From the NCBI GenBank assembly GCA_965207735.1, contig OZ242296.1:3448782-3512781 (forward strand): a stretch of DNA of 64,000 bases, in the 5' to 3' direction. Under the pieces are notes generated by a model. That model worked only from the letters and a program-made list of their open reading frames with translations, ran no database searches and was not told the DNA's origin. The position numbers and the translations under genes were made by a program. This document shows positions 16,364 through 24,442 of this stretch, in pieces; positions within the stretch are counted from its first letter, which is position 1; each line of letters begins with the position of its first letter. The DNA comes from Candidatus Versatilivorator sp. (GTDB taxonomy: Bacteria; Acidobacteriota; Terriglobia; Versatilivoradales; Versatilivoraceae).

Positions 16364-19060
16364 ATGCGTGAGACTCTGCTTAGCTACCTGCCCGAGTTTC
16401 TGGACCGCGGCGAGGACACGGCGCTTATGGGCCGGTCCGGGCTGCGGACCGACTACTGGTCCTATGGCAGGCTGGCCCGGACTTCCTTCCAGGTGGCCCG
16501 GGAACTGGGCTCACGGGGACTCGGCCTGGGGGACCGACTGCTGTTGCGGGAAGACAACTCCCCCGAATGGGTGGCCACCTTCCTGGGGTGCCTGATGCGT
16601 GGGGTGGTCGTGGTTCCCCTGGATGTTCAGAGCTCTCCCGAGTTCGTGGCCGGCATCGAGCACCAGACCCAACCCAAGCTGGTTCTTGGAGGTGGCCCCG
16701 GCGCCTCACTTGATGACCTCCAGTCGCCGGTGGATTCTGTCGCGGCTCTTTGCCGACGCGCGACCGCACAGGTGCCGACTCCCGACTGGAGTCATGCCGG
16801 CAAGGTCACTGCCGACCACCTGGCCGAGATCGTGTTTACCTCGGGGACCACGGCGGCGCCCAAGGGGATTCGACTCACCCATAGAAACTTGCTGGCCAAT
16901 CTGACTCCACTCGAGACCGAGATCCGGAAATATGTCAAGTGGGCGGCTCCGGTCCATCCCATCCGCTTCCTGAGCCTGCTGCCACTCAGCCATGTCTTCG
17001 GCCAGATGATGGGCATTTTCGTGCCGCCTCTGCTTGGTGGCCAGGCTCTCTTTCTCAATACCCTCAATCCCTCTGAGATCATCTCGGCCATTCGCCGGGA
17101 GCGGATCTCGATGCTGGCCACCGTTCCCCGCATCCTGGAGCTGCTGCGGGACAAGATCGAGCGGGACGAGGCCGCCCAAGATAGCCGGCCCCCGCTGGTC
17201 GAGCTTTTCGAGCGCAGCCACGGTCATCACTGGCTGCGTCATTGGTGGACCTTTCGCCACGTCCGCCGCCGATTCGGCTGGAAGTTCTGGGCTTTCCTTT
17301 CGGGAGGCGCAACCCTCGATTCCGGCACCGAGGAGTTCTGGAAGAGGTTGGGCTATGCCGTCATGCAGGGGTACGGAATGACCGAAACGGCGGCCGTCAT
17401 CAGCCTTGCCCACCCCCTTCGACCCGGCCGCGGCTCGATCGGCAAACCCATGCCCGGCCAGGAAATCAAGCTGGACGAAGGGGGAGAGATCCTGGTGAGA
17501 GGCCGCAACATCTCGCCCGGCTACTGGGGGGCGGAGGATGCGCCCCTGACCGACGAGGAGGGTTGGCTGCGAACCGGGGACCTGGGCCAACGGGACGCCA
17601 GGGGAAACCTCTATTTCCGCGGCAGGCGCAAGGAGGTCATCGTCACCTCAGCGGGCTTGAACGTCTACCCCGCCGATATCGAAACGGTTCTCAACCGGCA
17701 ACCCGAGATCGGCGCCAGCGCGGTGGTGGGAGTGAACGGAGCGCAGGGCCCCGAACCGGTGGCCGTGCTCATCCTGAGAAGCCCGGAGGCGGACCCTTCC
17801 ACCGCGGTCCAACGCGCCAACCAGCACCTCAGCCCCTACCAGCAGATCCGGCACTGGGTGGTCTGGCCCGAGCGCGATTTTCCGCGGACGGCCACTCAGA
17901 AGGTACGCAAGCGGGACCTGGTCCGGTTCGCGAGCCGGCAGGGAGCGGAACCGGGCGGTCAGGCTGGAGAGGAGCAGGGAAGCCTGCTGGGCGAAATCCT
18001 GACACTGGTCGAGGGCATCACCGGGACCTCGCCGCGGCGGCGGGACCGCGAAGCCAATCTGACCTCCGATCTCAAGCTGGATTCCCTGGCCAGGGTCGCG
18101 CTGATCACCCAATTGGAAGATCGCTTCCGGATGGACCTGGACGAATCCAAAGTCACCGAAGCTCTTACTCTGGGTGACCTGGAAAGGCTGCTCCGCCGCC
18201 CGGACGGTCTACCGGAGGCCGGCCGGGGCGAGGCGGCTCCTCCAAGTCCTGAAACCGGTGGCGACCCGCGGGCTCCATCGGGACCACGCCCGGACCCGGG
18301 CTCCTCGCGGTCGCACCCGGAAACTTCCGTCAGGCCCTGGCGCCCTTATCCCTACCCCTACTGGTCCTTGAGGCGGCCCGCCACCTGGATGCGCTTCCTG
18401 TTCCAGCACTGTCTCATCTGGCCGCTCACCCATTTGCTCTGCTGGACCCGGGTGCGTGGACGAAGACACTGGCGCGGACTTCGGGAGCCCGTGCTGGTGA
18501 TCGCCAACCACGTGACCTTTTTCGATCCGGCGCTCGTCCTGGCCCGAATGCCCTGGCGCTACCGGAACCGCCTGGCTGTTGCCATGATCGGAGAAAGGCT
18601 GAGGGACTTTCGATACCCGCCGCCTGGGCGCGGGCTTGCCCGCTTCAGCGACTACCTGGCCTACGGCGCGACTGCCGGCGGGTTCAATGCCTTTCCGCTG
18701 CCCAGGCAAACCGGGTTCCGGCGCAGCTTCGACTACGCCGGGGAGGCCATGGATCGCGGCTACAGCGTCCTGGTTTTTCCGGAGGGATCACGCACCAGGG
18801 ATGGCGAAATGCAGCCCTTCCAGGCTGGAATCGGGCTGCTGGCGGCCGGTCTGGGTGCCCCGGTCGTCCCCGCCAGGATCGAAGGATTGTTTGAGCTCAA
18901 GAAAAGGAGATTCGGAGGAATCCGCTGGCCCTTCACCCGGCCCGGTCAGGTTTCCGTCACCTTCGGTCCACCGCTGCGGCCCTCGCCCTCGGACTCTCCC
19001 CAGGACCTGACCCGGGAGTTGGAGAAACGGGTCAGAGGATTGAGTCGCCGAAAGGCCTGA
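16364..19060 (+). CDS. tri-domain acyl-CoA/acyl-ACP synthetase - carrier protein - lysophospholipid acyltransferase (Aas-like fusion)
   Basis: AMP-binding domain (TSGTTAAPKG, GYGMTETA, LRTGDLG, KEVIVTSAGLNVYP). Central PP-binding segment (DLKLDSLARVALITQLE). C-terminal PlsC acyltransferase (NHVTFFD, FPEGSRTRDG). Confidence 0.8.
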   Translation: MRETLLSYLPEFLDRGEDTALMGRSGLRTDYWSYGRLARTSFQVARELGSRGLGLGDRLLLREDNSPEWVATFLGCLMRGVVVVPLDVQSSPEFVAGIEHQTQPKLVLGGGPGASLDDLQSPVDSVAALCRRATAQVPTPDWSHAGKVTADHLAEIVFTSGTTAAPKGIRLTHRNLLANLTPLETEIRKYVKWAAPVHPIRFLSLLPLSHVFGQMMGIFVPPLLGGQALFLNTLNPSEIISAIRRERISMLATVPRILELLRDKIERDEAAQDSRPPLVELFERSHGHHWLRHWWTFRHVRRRFGWKFWAFLSGGATLDSGTEEFWKRLGYAVMQGYGMTETAAVISLAHPLRPGRGSIGKPMPGQEIKLDEGGEILVRGRNISPGYWGAEDAPLTDEEGWLRTGDLGQRDARGNLYFRGRRKEVIVTSAGLNVYPADIETVLNRQPEIGASAVVGVNGAQGPEPVAVLILRSPEADPSTAVQRANQHLSPYQQIRHWVVWPERDFPRTATQKVRKRDLVRFASRQGAEPGGQAGEEQGSLLGEILTLVEGITGTSPRRRDREANLTSDLKLDSLARVALITQLEDRFRMDLDESKVTEALTLGDLERLLRRPDGLPEAGRGEAAPPSPETGGDPRAPSGPRPDPGSSRSHPETSVRPWRPYPYPYWSLRRPATWMRFLFQHCLIWPLTHLLCWTRVRGRRHWRGLREPVLVIANHVTFFDPALVLARMPWRYRNRLAVAMIGERLRDFRYPPPGRGLARFSDYLAYGATAGGFNAFPLPRQTGFRRSFDYAGEAMDRGYSVLVFPEGSRTRDGEMQPFQAGIGLLAAGLGAPVVPARIEGLFELKKRRFGGIRWPFTRPGQVSVTFGPPLRPSPSDSPQDLTRELEKRVRGLSRRKA

Positions 19061-19088
19061 AACAACCGAGCGCTATCCGCAAAGGACA

Positions 19089-19300
19089 CCCACCCGGGAG
19101 CGCGGGCGTCCCGCCCGCCTTCTCTCCCTTTGGCTACCGCTGAGTTTTCCAGCGATGCGGCAGCCGGCCATCCTGCCGGCGGGAACCGCCTGGGTCCGGC
19201 CGAAGGAGAGCCATGGCGCCGGTGCCGGTCGATCCGGGTGGAGGAGATGGGCGAGGCCGCGGGAAGACTTGTGCGGGCGGGACGCCCGCGCTCCCGGGGG
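19089..19300. repeat. MITE-like element, family 2 (30-bp TIRs)
   Basis: cccacccgggagcgcgggcgtcccgcccgc (19089-19118) and its inverted partner gcgggcgggacgcccgcgctcccgggggg (19273-19300). The ~150-bp core is the reverse complement of the core at 50461-50612. Confidence 0.6.
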
Positions 19301-19397
19301 GCTTCATCTCCTGACAGGGTCACACCAGGGACGCAAAATTGCAGGAGCATTCCGGCACCGCACGGACAGTCAGGGCCGTGGGCCGCCGCGAGGGAAT

Positions 19398-20516
19398 TTA
19401 CAGCTTGCCGGCGATGGCCTCGGCCATCTGAAGGGTGGTGCTGGCGCCTCCCATGTCGTAGGTCCGCACCCGGCCTTCGCGGATGACTTCTCCCACGGCC
19501 TCCTCCAGCCGTTGGCTCTTGTGATCCTCGGACAGGAAGTCCAGCATCATTTTGGCCGCCATAATGGTGGCGATAGGGTTGACCTTGGACTGCCCCACGT
19601 ATTTGGGCGCCGAGCCGTGGGTCGGCTCGAAGACGGCCAGCCTCTCGCCGATGTTTCCGGAGCAGGCAAACCCCAGTCCGCCTACCATCTGGGCGCACAG
19701 ATCCGAGACGATATCCCCGAACAGGTTGGGCGCGACCAGGACGTCATAGTCCAGGGGGTTCTTGAGCAGCCACATGGCCATGGCGTCCACGTTGGCATGG
19801 TCCCAGGCGATCTCCGGGTAGGAAGCCGCGATGCGCCCGGCCGCCTCCAGGAACAGCCCGTCGGTGGCCCGTACCACGTTGGCCTTGTGCACCACTGTCA
19901 CCCTCTTGCGACGGTGGTCTCGGGCAAACTGGAAGGCAGCCCGGATGATCCGCTCCGAGCCCTTGCGGGAATTGATTTTGCAGGAGATGGCCCACTCGTC
20001 CGGAGCCAGTCCCTTGAAGGGAGCAAAGGAAGGCGAGATCTCCTCCAGCAGACGGGACAGTCTCTCCGGCACGGGATGAAATTCCACGCCGGAATAGAGA
20101 TCTTCCGTATTCTCGCGAAAGATGACCAGATCGATTGCTTCTCGAACGTTGAGGGGATTGCCGGCAAAGGCCCGGCAGGGTCGCAGGCAAACGTAGAGAT
20201 CGAAGAACTGGCGCAGGCGCACGATGGGGGAACGATAGACCAAGCCCTGGCCGCGGAGCCGCGGCGCCAGTTCCTGCCCGGCTTCTCGCGCCGGCTTGGA
20301 GGTGATGGCTCCGAACAGGGCGGCATCCACCTGCTTCAACAGGTCTATGGTGCGGCCGGGAAGCGGGTCTCCTTCCCGGCGCCAGAATTCCCAGCCAATG
20401 TCGCCCGGAAGATACTCCGCATCCAACCCTAGACGATCCAGCACGATCCGGGCGGCCTCCAGGACCTCTCCACCTATCCCGTCTCCCGGCAGCCAGGCGA
20501 TCTTGTATTTGGGCAT
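19398..20516 (-). CDS. isocitrate/isopropylmalate dehydrogenase family protein
   Basis: KIAWLPGDGIGGEV, the R/Y substrate motifs (RENTEDLYSG), NLFGDIVSDL, and the GSAPKYVGQ region. Start set at MPKYK. Confidence 0.8.
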   Translation of the reverse strand: MPKYKIAWLPGDGIGGEVLEAARIVLDRLGLDAEYLPGDIGWEFWRREGDPLPGRTIDLLKQVDAALFGAITSKPAREAGQELAPRLRGQGLVYRSPIVRLRQFFDLYVCLRPCRAFAGNPLNVREAIDLVIFRENTEDLYSGVEFHPVPERLSRLLEEISPSFAPFKGLAPDEWAISCKINSRKGSERIIRAAFQFARDHRRKRVTVVHKANVVRATDGLFLEAAGRIAASYPEIAWDHANVDAMAMWLLKNPLDYDVLVAPNLFGDIVSDLCAQMVGGLGFACSGNIGERLAVFEPTHGSAPKYVGQSKVNPIATIMAAKMMLDFLSEDHKSQRLEEAVGEVIREGRVRTYDMGGASTTLQMAEAIAGKL

Positions 20517-20522
20517 GCACAC

Positions 20523-20700
20523 TCCATAATACTACAGATATAGTATATTATTGGCGCATCAGGCGCCAGCTAATCCTTGGATTACAGGACGGCGAAACCG
20601 ACTACCCGCTTTATCTACTACTATACTAGTTTATATGGCTCCTTGGTCCTCCCCGAACCGGCGTGTCGTCCACTGCAATCTACTAGAATAATAGTAGATT
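20523..20700. promoter_or_regulatory. AT-rich palindromic operator-like cluster upstream of the dehydrogenase gene
   Basis: Palindromes atactacagatatagtat, tggcgcATCAGgcgcca, TAATCCttGGATTA, tctactactatactagt, and atctactaGAATAAtagtagat share the half-site CTACTA/TAGTAG. Strikingly AT-rich for this genome. Confidence 0.4.
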
Positions 20701-20771
20701 CTCGACACCCCCCTCCAGGACGGCAAAGCGCTTGCCCTCCCGAACGGCGTTCCGGCCGCGGCTTTCCGCCT

Positions 20772-21890
20772 TCAGCCCAGAAACCGTTCGATACCCACCT
20801 TGTCCAGGGGAATGCGGGGCTTTCGCCCCAGGACCAGATCCACCAGGACTTTCGCGGTGGCCGGCGCCTGCATGATGCCGGAGCTGGAATGGCCGGCGGC
20901 CCACAGAAAGCCGGCCGCGGCCCGCGGATCCGGACCGATAATGGGCAAGGCGTCGGGAGAAGCCGGCCGCAGCCCGGTCCAGATGTCCAGCATGGCCTGC
21001 TCCATGAGCCCCGGAAGAACCGTGCTCACCACCCCGGCCAGATAGCTCAATCCTTGCGGTGTGATTTGCCTGCGGAACCCGATCTCCTCGTGAGTGGCTC
21101 CCACCACCACCCGCCCGTCCGGCCTGGGGGTGATGTAGCCGTAGCGGCCCCAGCGGTGGAGCGTGTGGCGCAAGCCGAGCGCGGGCCCCTCCAGCGACAT
21201 GATCTGACCGTGATCGGGAGTGATGGGAACCGTGAGACTCGAATCCAGCATGCCGGCCCAGGCGCCGGCGGCGTTGATCACCCAGCCCGCGCCCAGCCGC
21301 TCTTGGCCGGACCGCACTCCCGTCACCCTGCCGCTGTCCCAGGTCAGGGAGGTCACCGGCCAGCCCGGGCGCATCTTCACACCCTTCAGCCGGGCCGCCC
21401 TGGCGATGGTGGCCGTGTAGTTGCGGGCGTCCAGAAACCGGCCTTCCGGGTGCAGGATCGCCGCCTCCAGGTTCTCCGGGAGCGACGGCTCCCGGCGCCG
21501 CGCCTCCGACCCGGCCAGGATCTCCAGGGCTACGCCGGCCGCAGCCTGCTGTTCAGCGTCGGCGCTGGCCTCGGCGGCTTCCGCCGGACTCAGCGCCAGC
21601 GTCATGCTCCCCCGGCCGCCGTAACCCATCCGGCGCCCCGTTTCTTCGAACAGTGCCCCGTCGAGCTGGTCGTAGAGCTGCCTGGAGAGAAGCGTGGCAT
21701 GGCGGAACCAGGGATCCCCCCGGGGATGGCTGGAGGGGCCGATGATGCCGGCCGAGGCCCAGGAGGCTTCCCGGGCCACCGGCCCCTTGTCCACCAGAGC
21801 CACTTCAAGCCCTTCCGACCTCAAATAATAGGCGGCGCTGCAGCCGATAGCGCCTCCACCGATGATCACCACGTCCGGCTGCCTGGCCAT
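20772..21890 (-). CDS. FAD-dependent oxidoreductase (glycine oxidase ThiO / DAO family)
   Basis: N-terminal Rossmann motif DVVIIGGGAIGCSAAYYL. DAO-family length and architecture. Confidence 0.75.
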   Translation of the reverse strand: MARQPDVVIIGGGAIGCSAAYYLRSEGLEVALVDKGPVAREASWASAGIIGPSSHPRGDPWFRHATLLSRQLYDQLDGALFEETGRRMGYGGRGSMTLALSPAEAAEASADAEQQAAAGVALEILAGSEARRREPSLPENLEAAILHPEGRFLDARNYTATIARAARLKGVKMRPGWPVTSLTWDSGRVTGVRSGQERLGAGWVINAAGAWAGMLDSSLTVPITPDHGQIMSLEGPALGLRHTLHRWGRYGYITPRPDGRVVVGATHEEIGFRRQITPQGLSYLAGVVSTVLPGLMEQAMLDIWTGLRPASPDALPIIGPDPRAAAGFLWAAGHSSSGIMQAPATAKVLVDLVLGRKPRIPLDKVGIERFLG

Positions 21891-22214
21891 GGGTCCGGGC
21901 CCTTTCCCGGTCGGGACCGAGCCGTTAGAAACCGGCGTCTTCCCCGGGGATTCTCTGTTAGAATGGCTGTCCTTTGCGGTTCAGACAGACCTTCAAGATT
22001 GCCGGCAGCCGGGCGGAGCGGCTTTGCACGCCGCCAACAGTTGCGGGTGGACAGTCCGGGGTTCCCGACGGGCCGGCCACTCCGGCCTGCCCGTGTCCAG
22101 CCGGGCAGCCCCTGACACGTCCACGTGCAGCCGGTCCGGCAAACAGAGTGAGTCAAACACGAAAGCCAAGTCCAATGCAAGCCGGCCAACCCATTAATTC
22201 AACCAGGAGGATGC

Positions 22215-23975
22215 ATGCCTGACAGGAAAGATTCCGTTCCCAACCTCTCGCGCCGCCGGTTCATGCGAACCACCGTCCTGGCAGGCACGGCCCTGGGTCT
22301 TAACTCCGCGGCGCCCGGGTCCGCGGCGCCCGGGTCCGCAGCCGCCACTCCCCTGAAAAAGGCCCGGCGACCCGGAAAGTCCTTCACCGGAAAACGGCCG
22401 GAAGACTATCGGGTGGTGCTGCAGGACATCGGCGACCCCCTGCTGCGCATGCCCTGGCCACCCACCCCCGAGGGCCTGGTGGAAGGTTCGATCGGGGCGC
22501 TGAAGGACTCTGCCGTCAGCATGTACGCCTTCGGCATCAACCACGCCGGGGGCACCACCCACTGCTCCAAGCTCTACCCCATCATCGGCGAAGAACAGCC
22601 CGTCCTCAAAAGCGGCAACACGCTGCGGATGATGCAAGCCGTCCAGCGTCTGTGCGAGGCAGGACACGACCCCCTGACGCTCATGTGCGACGGCGGGCAC
22701 AAAGCCGGCCTGGACGTGTTCCTGCGCCTTCGCATGAACGATCACCACGACCGCTGGGGCGACCGGATCGGCCTGGACAAGCCTTCCCGACTTCCCAAGG
22801 ACCATCCGGCCGAGCCCTATTTCTACACGCCCAAGTGGAAACGGGAGCACCCCGAGTGGTTGATCGGAGATCGCCATGCTCCCTATCCCGACACCAGCTT
22901 CCAGTACATGCAGGCCAGCGCCGGCAACTACGCCATCGGTCCTTATCGCGACCTCATCTTCAACCTGGCTGCAGAGACCCTCACCCAATACGACTTGGAC
23001 GGGTTCGAGCTGGACTTCTTCCGGTCCCCCTTCCTCTTTCCCATCTATGAAGCCTACGTGCAGCGCCACGTGATGACCGAGCTGATCCGCCGCATCCGCC
23101 GGGTTGCCGACGAGCAGGCGGCCAAGCGAGGCCGGCCCATCTTCCTTTCCGCCCGGGTCCCGGCCACCGTCGACCTCTGCCTGCGCATCGGGATCGATCT
23201 GCCGGTCTGGTTCCAGGAGGGGTTGCTGGACATGGTGGTGGTCAGCAACGGACTCTCCCCCTTCAGCACCCCTTGGGCGGAGTTGTCCGGGTTGGGCGCC
23301 AAGCACGGCATTCCCGCTCTGGCCTGCTTTACCCATGCCCGGCCCACCCGGGAAGGCCGGGAATCGCTGCGGGCGGCCACCCACCGCGCCTTCTCCTCAG
23401 GGATCACGGGCATCCAGTTCTGGAACTACTTCTACCGCATGCCCCACTACCACCGGCCAGGAGAAAATCCCCTGGACCTGAGCTTTACCCACGATCTGGT
23501 CGATGCGGACCTGGTGAGAAACGGTCCCAAGAAATACCTGCTGGACGGCAGCCCTCACACCGGGAGCATATTGACCGGGACTTTCGGCCACGCCGAGTGG
23601 CCCGGACAGACTCCGATGATGATCGGACTTTCCACCGACGGCATCGGCCACCGGGTGGCCTTCGACATCGCCGACGACCTCGGCCGGTCCAAGCCCCAGG
23701 GGTCTCCGCGGGTCTGGATCCGCATCGTGGATCTGGCTCCCGAGGATCGATTGGAATTCGCCTGGAACGGCAAGCCGATTCAACCCGATCCCAAAGCCTT
23801 TGCCGGAATCATCCTGAAGGACAGCCACGAATTCGAGTTCGAGCTCGATCCCGCCGACGTGCGGCCCGGCGAGAACCACCTGGAGATCAAGCTGCTGGAG
23901 CGGCACGCCCGGCTCGATCCCTACGTTACCCTGGTGGACGGGCGTTTGAGCATCCCCGAATTGAAGGGCGCCTGA
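22215..23975 (+). CDS. Tat-secreted TIM-barrel glycoside hydrolase-like protein (paralog A)
   Basis: Tat motif SRRRFMRTTVLAG. Conserved blocks RMNDHHD, YDLDGFELDFFRSPF, and GIQFWNYFYR shared with the paralog at 29581-31260. C-terminal beta-sandwich tail. Confidence 0.6.
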   Translation: MPDRKDSVPNLSRRRFMRTTVLAGTALGLNSAAPGSAAPGSAAATPLKKARRPGKSFTGKRPEDYRVVLQDIGDPLLRMPWPPTPEGLVEGSIGALKDSAVSMYAFGINHAGGTTHCSKLYPIIGEEQPVLKSGNTLRMMQAVQRLCEAGHDPLTLMCDGGHKAGLDVFLRLRMNDHHDRWGDRIGLDKPSRLPKDHPAEPYFYTPKWKREHPEWLIGDRHAPYPDTSFQYMQASAGNYAIGPYRDLIFNLAAETLTQYDLDGFELDFFRSPFLFPIYEAYVQRHVMTELIRRIRRVADEQAAKRGRPIFLSARVPATVDLCLRIGIDLPVWFQEGLLDMVVVSNGLSPFSTPWAELSGLGAKHGIPALACFTHARPTREGRESLRAATHRAFSSGITGIQFWNYFYRMPHYHRPGENPLDLSFTHDLVDADLVRNGPKKYLLDGSPHTGSILTGTFGHAEWPGQTPMMIGLSTDGIGHRVAFDIADDLGRSKPQGSPRVWIRIVDLAPEDRLEFAWNGKPIQPDPKAFAGIILKDSHEFEFELDPADVRPGENHLEIKLLERHARLDPYVTLVDGRLSIPELKGA

Positions 23976-24015
23976 CGGCCGGGGGCTCCTTCCCACAAGC
24001 AATCAAGGAAAAGAG

Positions 24016-24430
24016 TTATCCACGAAGGGGCACGAAGAACGACGAAGGGCCACTAAGGGGTTGGAGAAAGCTCAAGAGGGATCGGCCAAGGGTCGGCAAG
24101 GGAGAAGAGCTTTCCAACAAGGGCGCTAAAGGATCTGTTGGGGGGGCAAGAGATGAATCGGCGAAGGGATTCCAAGGGGTTGGAAGAGACTCGAAAGGGA
24201 TCCGTGAAGGGCCACCAAGGCCCCTGTGGTTTCCCAGAAACAAGCGCTCGATCATCGAGCCAGCCAGTTTCCTGAGCGGCAGCTTCTCGTTCTGTTAATC
24301 CTGTCTATCCTGTGCATCCATGTTCAATTTGTAGAAAACCGGTTCAACGGGACATGGTCCTTGTTCCCGATGGGCCATGAAGGTTCGTCGTCTCACTCAC
24401 GTACGATCCGCCCGGCAGGGCGGGGATTGA
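24016..24430. repeat. composite dispersed repeat (AAGGG-periodic purine tract + family-1 MITE arm), copy 2
   Basis: Begins TTATCCACGAAGGG...CACTAAGG directly after the stop of the 22215 gene. Carries ~14 AAGGG/AGAGGGA motifs, then ctcgttctgttaatcctgtctatcctgtgcatccatgttcaat, and ends ccgcccggcagggcgggg. Homologous to 3395-4000. Confidence 0.55.
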
Positions 24431-24442
24431 ACTCGTCCGTCA

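Noticed and set aside
16051-16371. 106-aa plus-strand ORF between the NTPase and the Aas-like gene.
   Set aside because: Ser/Leu/Arg-rich low-complexity translation. The opposite strand carries a more protein-like (but start-less) frame reported separately.
23273-24298. 341-aa ORF running from inside hydrolase paralog A across the purine-rich repeat.
   Set aside because: Out-of-frame overlap with a strongly supported gene, then read-through of a non-coding repeat. R/P/G-rich artefact.
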